Positions 8,913 to 17,509 of a DNA stretch of 61,675 nt are shown one piece after another (the first letter of the stretch is position 1; the number at the start of each line of letters is the position of its first letter). Origin of the DNA: Candidatus Rokubacteria bacterium 13_1_40CM_68_15. Lineage in GTDB: Bacteria > Methylomirabilota > Methylomirabilia > Rokubacteriales > CSP1-6. The DNA is taken from NCBI GenBank assembly GCA_001917585.1, contig MNEG01000148.1, positions 1 through 61,675 on the forward strand, written 5' to 3'. The notes beneath the pieces are model-generated. The model saw only the letters and a program-made list of their open reading frames with translations, did no database searches and was not told the origin of the DNA. Both the position numbers and the translations under genes were made by a program.

Positions 8913-9974
8913 TCAGCGGAAGCGGGGCATGACCTGGCGGGCGAACAGCTCCATGCTCCGACGTGCCTTGGCCTGCTCCATCATGCCGAAGTTCACCTGG
9001 AACGTCGGGTAGACATTGCCGAACGTGTTGCGGATGTACGTCAGCTGCTCGGCCACGTCGTCGGGATCGCCGATGATCGCCCGCGTCTCGTCGAGCACCC
9101 GCTCGTAGGTGATGTCGTTCAGCATCTGCTCCAGCGCCGAGTAGGCCTTGTATTGCCCCGACTGCCGGCCCGTCCACGACTTCGCCGACGCGCGGAAGTT
9201 CCTGAGGTATTGCTCCATGTAGGGCCGGCACTCCTCGCGCGCTTGTCGGCGGGTCGGCGCGACGAAGAGGTGCAGGACCATCATGACCTCACCGGCTCCC
9301 TTCCGCGACTCGTGGCCGTGATCGCGATACGCCTGACGATAGAGCTGGAGCTTCTCGGCCAGCTCGTGGTGCTCGCCCAGGTAGGGCACGACCATCATGT
9401 TGTAGCCGCGCTCGCCCGTCCACACGAACGACTCCGGCGTCACCACCGCGGCGACCCAGATGGGCGGATGCGGCTTCTGCGTCGGGCGCGGGAGCGACGT
9501 CACGTTCTTGAAGCGGTGGAACTTTCCCTCGAAGGTGACGTCCTCCTCCGTCCACAATCGCGTCACCGCCGCGATGCCCTCCTCGAAGCGCGCCCGGCTC
9601 TCCTCCATCGAGATGCCGAAGGCGTCGAACTCGTAGGGCAGGAACGCGCGCGCGAAGCCGGCGTCGAGGCGGCCGCCGCTGATGGCGTCGAGCATGGTGA
9701 GCTGGCCGGCCAGCTTCAGCGGGTGATTGAAGACAGGGAGCACGGCGCCGGTTACCAGGCGCAGCCGCCGGGTGCGCTGGCTGCAGGCGGCGAGGAACAG
9801 GCAGGGGTCGGGGCTGTAGCCGCCGTACGAGGTGAAGTAGTGCTCGACGATCTTGACGCTGTCGTAGCCGAGCTCGTCGGCATACTCCGCGAGGTCGAGC
9901 ACCTCGGCGAAGTACCGCTGGCCGGATACCCGGTCGGGGTGGGCGTCGGGGAAGTAGTCGATCCCGAATTTCAT
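8913..9974 (-). CDS. LLM class flavin-dependent oxidoreductase (luciferase-like monooxygenase)
   Basis: 353 aa. MKFGIDYFP..., VEHYFTSYGGYSP, typical luciferase-like TIM-barrel pattern. Confidence 0.85.
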   Translation of the reverse strand: MKFGIDYFPDAHPDRVSGQRYFAEVLDLAEYADELGYDSVKIVEHYFTSYGGYSPDPCLFLAACSQRTRRLRLVTGAVLPVFNHPLKLAGQLTMLDAISGGRLDAGFARAFLPYEFDAFGISMEESRARFEEGIAAVTRLWTEEDVTFEGKFHRFKNVTSLPRPTQKPHPPIWVAAVVTPESFVWTGERGYNMMVVPYLGEHHELAEKLQLYRQAYRDHGHESRKGAGEVMMVLHLFVAPTRRQAREECRPYMEQYLRNFRASAKSWTGRQSGQYKAYSALEQMLNDITYERVLDETRAIIGDPDDVAEQLTYIRNTFGNVYPTFQVNFGMMEQAKARRSMELFARQVMPRFR

Positions 9975-9983
9975 GCCGCGTCT

Positions 9984-10961
9984 CTACTTGATGGCCTGGG
10001 GATTGATCGGCGAGCCCACCGCCCGCGTGATCGGTAGCGGCGGCGCCACGAACATGAACTCGTAGACGCTGTCGGCCGCACAGTCGGCGCCGAGGGATTC
10101 CAGATTGAAGATCTCGCCGACCAGCAACCCCATGTTCACGACCATCACGAGGTGGAGCGGCTGGAAGGAGCCGGGCAGCTCGTTGGGCCTCACCTCGGCG
10201 CCCCAGGTGTCGGTGGCGATGCCGGCCACCGACTTCTCGTACAGCCACGGCGCGGTGTGAAACGACAGGCCCGGCGCGTCGCCCGCCGAAAACGTGCCCC
10301 AGCTCTTCTCGCGCACCCGCCGGCCGACGTCGCCGGTACGGATGAGCACGATGTCGCCGGGCTGCACGCGCACCCGTTGTCGGGCCGCGCAGGCGTCGAG
10401 ATCCTCGCTGTAGATGGCCTCGCCCGGGCGCATCGCGTCCACGCCCTTGAAACGCGCGACGTCGAGCAGCACTCCGCGGCTGACGATCTTGTCCTTGTAG
10501 TGCTCGATGCCGTTCTTGGCCGCGCCGTTGGAGGTGACGAGCGCCGCGTCGCGGCCGCCGTACATCTTGCCGCTGTGGAAGATGTGCCCGAGCCCGTCCC
10601 ACTGCGTGCCGCACTGCAGGAACATCGTGATCTGGTCGTCGGCGAAGCCCCAGCCGAAGGGCAGGGTGTCGAAGCCGGCGAGCTTTTGCCGACCGGCGAC
10701 GTGATCGGTGCCCGTCGCCACCATGCTGTGGAGCGGATTGACCCGGCCGAAGGCGCCCGTCTGCGGGCCGTTGGTGTCGAAGTTGAGCGCGCAGGAGATG
10801 ATCTTGCCCTGGCGGACGAGCGAAGCCGCGCGCTTGACGACGTCGGGCGTGACGAAGTTCAGCGTGCCGATCTCGTCGTCCTGGCCCCACCGATCCCAGT
10901 TACGGAAGCGCTTGCAGTATTCCTCGAGCAAGGCCGGCGTGACCGGGGGGCGGCTCGTCAT
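9984..10961 (-). CDS. Cyclase family protein (kynurenine formamidase-like)
   Basis: Real start MTSRPPVTPALLEEY (ATG 10961, ATGA overlap with the upstream gene) inside the longer ORF 9984..11306. GTQWDGLGH and IATDTWG motifs. Confidence 0.8.
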   Translation of the reverse strand: MTSRPPVTPALLEEYCKRFRNWDRWGQDDEIGTLNFVTPDVVKRAASLVRQGKIISCALNFDTNGPQTGAFGRVNPLHSMVATGTDHVAGRQKLAGFDTLPFGWGFADDQITMFLQCGTQWDGLGHIFHSGKMYGGRDAALVTSNGAAKNGIEHYKDKIVSRGVLLDVARFKGVDAMRPGEAIYSEDLDACAARQRVRVQPGDIVLIRTGDVGRRVREKSWGTFSAGDAPGLSFHTAPWLYEKSVAGIATDTWGAEVRPNELPGSFQPLHLVMVVNMGLLVGEIFNLESLGADCAADSVYEFMFVAPPLPITRAVGSPINPQAIK

Positions 10962-11812
10962 CGATAGACGCCTTTCCCGGCCTCGTGGATGCCGGCGCGC
11001 GTCACGTAGTCGTAGAGGTTGGCGACGTTCATGCGCATGACGCGAGGTGCGTAGCCCTCCTGCTCGACGTCCATCGGATAGCGATCCGTCATCGCGGTCA
11101 GCGTCTCGACGCACTGATCCTTCGTCAACCCGCGGTCGACGCCGCCTCGCACGTAATCGACCCACTCGCGGATGAACGCCTCCTGCTCCTTGAGGTAGCT
11201 CTTGTCGCACACCGGGCCGTGACCGGGTACCAGTGTCTGGGCGCCCACGCGGCGCAGGCGATCGAGTGCCTGCAGCCACCGCGCGGGATCGGCCTCTTGC
11301 AGCCACGTGTGGACCTTGCAGAAGATGTTGTCGCTGGTGAAGACGACGCCTTCTTCCTCGACGATCACGGCGGCCTGATACGGCGTGTGCCCGGACATGT
11401 GGACCATCCGGAACGTGTGATGGCCGACGTGCAGCGTCATCTCGTCTTCGAACGTGATGGCGGGCGCGTTCGGCCGATACCCTTCGAGCAGCTTCGGCTC
11501 GTCGGGACCGAAGCTGCCGACGCGAGCCACGTGCTCGGCGAGGTCGGTACCCAGGATGCGGCTGCGCACCCCGGCGTGGGCGATCGCGGGCACGTCGAAG
11601 AACGCATTCGACGTCCAGTGGTCGCCGTGCGGCTCGGTGTTGATGATGTAGCGCAGCCGGCCGCGGCGCTCGATCTCCGCCTTCAGGCGCAGGGTGTCGC
11701 TCGGCTTGAACGGGCCGTCGATCAGGACCAGGCCGTCCGACGTCGTGACGAGGCCGTGATTGGAGCCGCGCAGCCCGGTCTCGACGAGCACGTTGGCGGT
11801 GAGCTGTCTCAT
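10958..11812 (-). CDS. MBL-fold metallo-hydrolase
   Basis: 284 aa. NTEPHGDHW (HxHxDH-type motif), HMSGHTP, PGHGP. Confidence 0.8.
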   Translation of the reverse strand: MRQLTANVLVETGLRGSNHGLVTTSDGLVLIDGPFKPSDTLRLKAEIERRGRLRYIINTEPHGDHWTSNAFFDVPAIAHAGVRSRILGTDLAEHVARVGSFGPDEPKLLEGYRPNAPAITFEDEMTLHVGHHTFRMVHMSGHTPYQAAVIVEEEGVVFTSDNIFCKVHTWLQEADPARWLQALDRLRRVGAQTLVPGHGPVCDKSYLKEQEAFIREWVDYVRGGVDRGLTKDQCVETLTAMTDRYPMDVEQEGYAPRVMRMNVANLYDYVTRAGIHEAGKGVYR

Positions 11813-11816
11813 GACC

Positions 11817-12164
11817 TCACCTCGCTGGCCAGCCGTCCACCATCTCGGAATGCCGATCGCGGCCGGCCTGCACCCGGTACAGCACCATGCGCGTAACGCT
11901 GGTGACCCGATGCACCTCGCCAGCCGGGAAGATCACCGTCGCGCCCGGGCCCAGCCGAACTTCTTTGTTCCCGTCATTGAAGAGACCTTCGCCCTCGAGG
12001 ACGTGATAGATCTCGTCGGCGTCCGGATGGGAATGAATCGGCGATGTCTGTCCCGGCTCCCAGCCGACGACGCTGATGGCCGAGTTGGGCGTCTCGGCCA
12101 GCGTCTTGTAGACGTGGTGCGTCGGCGAAAACTCCTTCGAGGCCTTGAGGTCGAGGATCTCCAT
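11817..12164 (-). CDS. Cupin domain protein
   Basis: 115 aa. SPIHSHPDADEIYHVLEGEG...PAGEVHRV cupin motifs. Confidence 0.75.
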   Translation of the reverse strand: MEILDLKASKEFSPTHHVYKTLAETPNSAISVVGWEPGQTSPIHSHPDADEIYHVLEGEGLFNDGNKEVRLGPGATVIFPAGEVHRVTSVTRMVLYRVQAGRDRHSEMVDGWPAR

Positions 12165-12167
12165 CGC

Positions 12168-12614
12168 CTACTTCTTCTTGGGCTCGAATCCGGGCGCATA
12201 GGCGGGCGCGGAGATGGAGGTGTCGACCGCCTTGCCCACGATGCCGTGCGAGGTGTCCTTGCACGTGAAGAACAGGACGTCCTCGTCGGGCGTCGCCACC
12301 GCCGAGTGCACGGCGTTGGAGGGGATGTACACGAGCGAGCCCTTGGAGACGCGCGACCTGACGCCGGCGACCTCGGTGTCGAGCGTACCCTGCATGACGT
12401 AGATCCACTGCTCGTTGGGATGACTGTGCGGCCGGCTGCCGGTGCCCTTCGGCATCCGCATGAGGCCGACCTGGATGCGCTCGCCCTCGACGACCGGCCC
12501 GTGCGAGGTCGAGTAGCCGGTGCCGGCGTCGATCGCGTGGAGCTTGGCCAGGTCGAAGATGAAGCGGCCGTCGCCGGCCTTGATGGCGCCTTCCGTCTTG
12601 GTGCTCTGGGCCAT
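12168..12614 (-). CDS. Cupin domain protein
   Basis: 148 aa. RPHSHPNEQWIYVMQG...IPSNAVHS cupin motifs. Confidence 0.75.
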   Translation of the reverse strand: MAQSTKTEGAIKAGDGRFIFDLAKLHAIDAGTGYSTSHGPVVEGERIQVGLMRMPKGTGSRPHSHPNEQWIYVMQGTLDTEVAGVRSRVSKGSLVYIPSNAVHSAVATPDEDVLFFTCKDTSHGIVGKAVDTSISAPAYAPGFEPKKK

Positions 12615-12626
12615 GTGCTGGTTCTC

Positions 12627-13670
12627 CTATTGGGCGAACTCGAACGCGTCGTGCGACTCGGAGTCGAGATGCATGCCCTGGATGCCGGCGGACTGGACGT
12701 CACCGCTGGCCAGGTAGAGGCGGTTGCCGATGACGGCGCCTGCTAGGCCGTGGCGCGGCACCGGCATCGACGGCAGCACCGTCCACGAGTTGCTGGCGGG
12801 ATCGTAGCCCTCGAGCGCCCGGAACGCCGCCATGAGCTGGCCATTCTGGAATTCGCCGCCGGCTACGTAGACCCGATTGCCGTAGGTGCCCCACGCGCCG
12901 GCGCTACGGGCCGTCGGCATGCGCGCCCGCACGGCGCCCCAGCTGTCGGCCGCCGGGTCGTACTCCTCGACGACGTCGGTGTTGCTGGCCACGCCGATGA
13001 ACGCCGCACCCAGGCGTCCGCCGATGACGTAGATCTTGTTGTTCACCACGCCGATGGCGGCGTGGTTGCGCGCCGTCGGCATCGGTGAGCGAGCGCGCCA
13101 CGTGTTGGTCGCTGGATCGTACTCTTCGACGGTGCCGAGCGCTCGGTGGGGCCGGGCCGGCAGCACGGCGGGCTCCGACGAGCCGGGATGGGTGCTGGCA
13201 CCGCCGATGACGTAGATCTTTCCGTTGACCGTGGCCGCCACGGGCGAACCGCGCCTGGTCGGCATCGGCGCCAGCGCCTTCCACGTGTCGGTCGCCGGAT
13301 CATATTCCCACGCGTTGTCGATCGGCACCCACGACGGCGGTCCGGACTGCGGCGGCACGAAGCCGCCGAATGCGTAGAGCTTGCCGTTCCACTCGGTGAA
13401 CGCCACGTGATGAGAGGCCAGCGCCATCGGCTTCTTCTTCGTCCACCTGTCGGTGGCCGGATCGTACTCGTAGGCGAGCCCCTTGGGCTTCCAGCCGGGC
13501 GCGAGCCCGCCGAAGACGTAAAACTTGCCGCCCGCGGCCGCGCCGTAGAGCTCCTCCGACGGCTCGGGGAAGGCGGCGAGCTTGACCCACTTGCCTGGCG
13601 CCTGAGCGTCGGCCGTCGCCAGGCCCAGCATGGACACGACCAGCACGACGCCGAGGACGACTCGCTTCAT
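12627..13670 (-). CDS. Secreted Kelch-repeat beta-propeller protein
   Basis: Real start MKRVVLGVVLVVSMLGLATADAQA (ATG 13670) within ORF 12627..14636. Repeated ...GKxYVxGG...YDPATDxW... Kelch units. Confidence 0.8.
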   Translation of the reverse strand: MKRVVLGVVLVVSMLGLATADAQAPGKWVKLAAFPEPSEELYGAAAGGKFYVFGGLAPGWKPKGLAYEYDPATDRWTKKKPMALASHHVAFTEWNGKLYAFGGFVPPQSGPPSWVPIDNAWEYDPATDTWKALAPMPTRRGSPVAATVNGKIYVIGGASTHPGSSEPAVLPARPHRALGTVEEYDPATNTWRARSPMPTARNHAAIGVVNNKIYVIGGRLGAAFIGVASNTDVVEEYDPAADSWGAVRARMPTARSAGAWGTYGNRVYVAGGEFQNGQLMAAFRALEGYDPASNSWTVLPSMPVPRHGLAGAVIGNRLYLASGDVQSAGIQGMHLDSESHDAFEFAQ

Positions 13671-14671
13671 CACCGACTCCTTTGAACGTCCACCGCGTGA
13701 CCGGACTCGGCGGACTGCACGATCGCCTCGAGCACCGCGATGTTGGCGGTGCCTTCCTCGCCACTGACCTCCGGCCGCGCTCCGTCGCGCACGCAGCGCG
13801 CGAACTCGGCAAGCTCTTCGACCACCGCGTCGACGGGCGTCAACGGCAGCTCCTTCCGCTCGGCCTGGCCACGCCGGGCCAGGAACAACCGCGCGCCATC
13901 TGATTCGTGCCAGGCCTGGGCCTCGGTACCGTGAAGCGTGATCGTCGCCGTGCGGTTGGCGTGGACCCACGAGGTCCCGAGATAGCCGACACTGCCCGAG
14001 GCGAACTCGAACAGGATCGACGTCACGTCGTCGATCGGTACGTTGGTCAGGGCAACACGGCGTGAGAACGCCGTCACGCGGGCGATGGGCCCGAGAAAGT
14101 ACTGATACGTGTCCACGTGGTGGATGCCGAGGTTGGTCATCGAGCCGCCAGGGGCCTCGGCCCGATGGCCGCGCCACATCTGGGTGGTCAGCGTGCTGGA
14201 GAACCCGTAGTCGGCCGAGAAATTCCCTTCGATCTGGGCCACGCGGCCGAGGGCGCCCTCGTCGAGCAGGTGCTTCAGCGCGCGGCTGGCTGCCTGCTTG
14301 CGCCGCTGGTGGCCGACGGCCAGCATCACGCCGGCGCGGCGACACGCCTCGGTGGCACGACGCGCATCGGCGGCGGTGAGCGTGAACGGCTTGTCGACGA
14401 AGACGTGCTTGCCCGCGCCGGCGGCGGCCACGACGTGCTCGGCATGCGCCGAGTGCGGCGTCGTGATGAGCACACCCTCGACCTCGCGATCCGCGAGCAC
14501 GGCGTCGAGCGTGGGCAGATCGCGGCAGCCGTACGTCTTGGCGAAGGCGGCACGCTTCTCGGGGGAACGGCTGGTGCACGCGATGATGCTCAGGCCCGTG
14601 CCGCGGCCGGCCGCGTCGGCCAGCGTGCCACCCCATCGTCCGGTGCCGACCGCAGCGACTCGCACTGTCAT
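13670..14671 (-). CDS. Gfo/Idh/MocA family oxidoreductase
   Basis: 333 aa. N-terminal VAAVGTGRWG Rossmann and EKPF-like (VDKPF) motif. Confidence 0.85.
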   Translation of the reverse strand: MTVRVAAVGTGRWGGTLADAAGRGTGLSIIACTSRSPEKRAAFAKTYGCRDLPTLDAVLADREVEGVLITTPHSAHAEHVVAAAGAGKHVFVDKPFTLTAADARRATEACRRAGVMLAVGHQRRKQAASRALKHLLDEGALGRVAQIEGNFSADYGFSSTLTTQMWRGHRAEAPGGSMTNLGIHHVDTYQYFLGPIARVTAFSRRVALTNVPIDDVTSILFEFASGSVGYLGTSWVHANRTATITLHGTEAQAWHESDGARLFLARRGQAERKELPLTPVDAVVEELAEFARCVRDGARPEVSGEEGTANIAVLEAIVQSAESGHAVDVQRSR

Positions 14672-14755
14672 AGGAGTTCCTCGGGGGCTCTAGTTATCCG
14701 GGGAAACGGCGCGGTTGTCAACGCGCGCGGCCGGTGTTAAAGGAGGGGACGCGTG

Positions 14756-16471
14756 ATGCAGATCGACTGGGATGTGCCGATCCCCCTCCCCGACGGCCTC
14801 GTGCTTCGGGCCGACGTTTTCCGTCCGCGTGCCGCCGGCAAGTATCCCGTCATCATCTCGTACGGTCCGTACGGCAAGTGGCTCCACTTCGAGGATCTCT
14901 ATACCGATCAGTGGCGCCGCATGGCCGAGCAGCACCCGGACGTCGTGGCCGGGTCGACGAACAAGTATCAGAACTGGGAGGTCGTCGATCCCGAGAAGTG
15001 GGTGCCCGACGGTTACGCCTGCGTGCGCGTGGATTCCCGCGGCTGCGGCCGCTCGCCCGGCCGCATCGACCTGTGGTCGGCGCAGGAGGCACGCGACTTC
15101 TACGAGTGCATCGAGTGGGCGGCACGCCAGCCGTGGAGCAACGGGAAGGTCGGCGCCAACGGCATCTCGTACTACGCGATGAACCAGTGGCAGGTGGCGA
15201 TGCTCCAGCCGCCGCACCTGGCCGCCATCTGCATCTGGGAAGGTGCCGCCGACTATTACCGCGATCTCTCGCATCACGGGGGAATTTTGTGCACCTTCGG
15301 CCGCGCGTGGTTTCCCTCGCAGGTGGTGCGCGTTCAGCACGGCCGCGGCACGCGAGGCTACCGCTCGCGGATGAACGGCGACTGGGTCTCGGGTCCGCCG
15401 ACGCTCAGCGAAGAGGAGCTGGGCGCCAACCGCAACGACTTCTACGAGGATTGCTGGAAGAATCCGCTGGCCAGCGATGGCTACTGGCGTTCCCGCATGC
15501 CCGACTGGTCGAAGGTGAAGGTCCCGCTGTTCTCGGCGGCGAACTGGGGTGGGCAGGGACTGCACCCCCGTGGCAACTTCGAGGGCTTCGTGCGTTCCGA
15601 ATCGGACCAGAAGTGGCTCGAGGTGCACGGCATCGAGCACTGGACGCACTTCTACACGGACTACGGTGTGGCGCTCGAGAAGAAATTCTTCGGGCACTTC
15701 CTGAAAGGCGAGGACACGGGGTGGGCGAAGCAACCCAAAGTGCTGCTGCAGGTCCGTCATCCCGGCGAGCGCTTCGTCGAGCGCCCCGAGAGCGAGTGGC
15801 CGCTGGCGCGCACTCAGTGGACGCGGCTCTACTTGAATCCCGGCGAGCAGAGCCTCGTCCGTGAGCCGCTGACCCGGGACGACCACGTGAGATACGCCGG
15901 CCTCGGGGAGGGTTTGACGTTCCTCACGCCGCCACTCGAGCGCGACACCGAGATCACCGGACCGCTCGCCGCCAAGCTCTACGTGTCGTCGGAGACCTCC
16001 GACGCCGATCTGTTCCTCATCGTGAGGCTCTTCACGCCGAACATGAGCGAGGTAACCTTCCAGGGCGCGCTCGACCCTCACACGCCGATCGCCCAGGGAT
16101 GGCTGCGGGCCTCGCATCGCAAGCTCGATCCCAAGCTCACCCAGCCTTACCGGCCGTATCACACCCACGACGAGAAGCAGCCGCTCACGCCGGGGCAGGT
16201 GTACGAGCTCGACGTCGAGATCTGGCCGACCTCGATCGTGGCGCCGGCCGGATATCGCCTCGGCCTCACCGTGCGCGGTCGCGACTACGAATATCCGGGC
16301 GGACCGAGTGTGGGACTCGGCACGCTGGGCGCCGTGTTCACCGGCGTCGGACCGTTGCAGCACAACGATCCGCGCGACCGCCCGCCGGAGGTGTTCGGCA
16401 AGTCCGTCACGGTGCATTGCGGGCCGTCGCGGCCCTCGCACGTGTTGCTGCCGGTCATTCCAGCCCGCTGA
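14756..16471 (+). CDS. CocE/NonD family hydrolase (S15 X-Pro dipeptidyl-peptidase-like)
   Basis: About 571 aa. DGLVLRADVFRP...YPVIISYGPYGK, VDSRGCGRSPG, GISYYA nucleophile elbow. AGGAGG SD 9 nt upstream of ATG 14756 (GTG 14753 also possible). Confidence 0.85.
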   Translation: MQIDWDVPIPLPDGLVLRADVFRPRAAGKYPVIISYGPYGKWLHFEDLYTDQWRRMAEQHPDVVAGSTNKYQNWEVVDPEKWVPDGYACVRVDSRGCGRSPGRIDLWSAQEARDFYECIEWAARQPWSNGKVGANGISYYAMNQWQVAMLQPPHLAAICIWEGAADYYRDLSHHGGILCTFGRAWFPSQVVRVQHGRGTRGYRSRMNGDWVSGPPTLSEEELGANRNDFYEDCWKNPLASDGYWRSRMPDWSKVKVPLFSAANWGGQGLHPRGNFEGFVRSESDQKWLEVHGIEHWTHFYTDYGVALEKKFFGHFLKGEDTGWAKQPKVLLQVRHPGERFVERPESEWPLARTQWTRLYLNPGEQSLVREPLTRDDHVRYAGLGEGLTFLTPPLERDTEITGPLAAKLYVSSETSDADLFLIVRLFTPNMSEVTFQGALDPHTPIAQGWLRASHRKLDPKLTQPYRPYHTHDEKQPLTPGQVYELDVEIWPTSIVAPAGYRLGLTVRGRDYEYPGGPSVGLGTLGAVFTGVGPLQHNDPRDRPPEVFGKSVTVHCGPSRPSHVLLPVIPAR

Positions 16472-16472
16472 C

Positions 16473-16889
16473 CTACTTCGCGCACTCCTCGGTGGTCGTG
16501 TCGGTCGCGACGATGCGGCCGTTGCGCGCCGTGTAGTGCTCCCGGGAGAACGAGCAGGCGGCCACGACCCCGTATGTGAAGCGCACCGTCAAGATGTCCC
16601 GCGGCGTCTGGCCGACGGACGTCGGACGCCAGAACGGGATCGGATAGTTCACGGCCCAGACCGTGGTGTGCTCGTACACCCACGTCTCCTGCCCGTCGGC
16701 GCCGGGGGTCGTCGTCTTCGGCCGGCCGAACATCGCCTCGACCTCGCGCCGCGTCGTCCAGTTGACGACGATCCGCCGGCGGGCTCCGGCGTCGAACTCT
16801 CGACCGCTTTCCTTGGTGCTGATGCAGGCGCCGAGGGCCACGACCACCAGACCGATCAGGATCGTCCATGACGCCAGCCGGCGAGGCAC
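16473..16889 (-). CDS. Hypothetical lipoprotein
   Basis: 138 aa. Signal plus lipobox (LVVVALGAC). No recognisable family. Confidence 0.5.
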   Translation of the reverse strand: MPRRLASWTILIGLVVVALGACISTKESGREFDAGARRRIVVNWTTRREVEAMFGRPKTTTPGADGQETWVYEHTTVWAVNYPIPFWRPTSVGQTPRDILTVRFTYGVVAACSFSREHYTARNGRIVATDTTTEECAK

Positions 16890-17040
16890 GCCGCGACGGT
16901 ACCACGCCTCCTCCGCTTCGCCCTATCCGCCAGGGGTGCGATGCTTCTCGTGGCTCCGCGAGCGCGCCCGCTCGATGCGGACGCAGGCGCGCCAGCGGCT
17001 TCGTGACGCGGATCAAGCCGGGGTATCTACGCCTGACGGC

Positions 17041-17430
17041 TCAGGGGAATCGGCGTCCCGGCGGCCCTTCGATCCGGTCGAACGAATAGACTCGCACCTG
17101 ATACCGGGCGGCCGGTGCCGGCGCGGGCACCTCGAAGTACGCTCGGCCGAACGGCTCCAGCGCGTCGCTCGGCAGCCAGCTCACTTTTTGCGCAATGATG
17201 TTGCCGTTCTCGTCGAGCGCATCGACGAGGAGCTGCACCTGGCCGATCGTGTACGGCGAGGCGTTGACGATGTACCCCTCGACGACCGGTCGGCCCTTCT
17301 TTTCGTCCGTCTGCCAGCTGATCTTGAAGATCCGTTCCCACGACGGGTCGTGCGGCTCCAGGATCTTCATGTCCGCGGCGGCCGACGCGACCACCGCGAG
17401 AGTCAGTACGAGCGCCACCACGTTTGACAT
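17041..17430 (-). CDS. Secreted hypothetical protein, paralog A (pairs with 19663..20094)
   Basis: Start MSNVVALVLTLAVVASAAA (ATG 17430, GGAGGTGAGG SD). Shares LEPH.P.WER.FK, PVV.GY..N.SP.TIG.VQLLVDALD and Y.VRVYS blocks with the paralog. Confidence 0.6.
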   Translation of the reverse strand: MSNVVALVLTLAVVASAAADMKILEPHDPSWERIFKISWQTDEKKGRPVVEGYIVNASPYTIGQVQLLVDALDENGNIIAQKVSWLPSDALEPFGRAYFEVPAPAPAARYQVRVYSFDRIEGPPGRRFP

Positions 17431-17509
17431 CGCCTCACCTCCTACGTCGACGTTCGGCGGCACGTCTGATGCACGGGGGGTGCGTTGTTCGACAGCGGAG
17501 GTGCACCTC

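Noticed and set aside
14690-16441. 583-aa minus-strand ORF covering the CocE/NonD gene
   Set aside because: Antisense shadow. The sequence is Arg/His/Val-rich junk, while the plus-strand frame has unmistakable CocE/NonD motifs.
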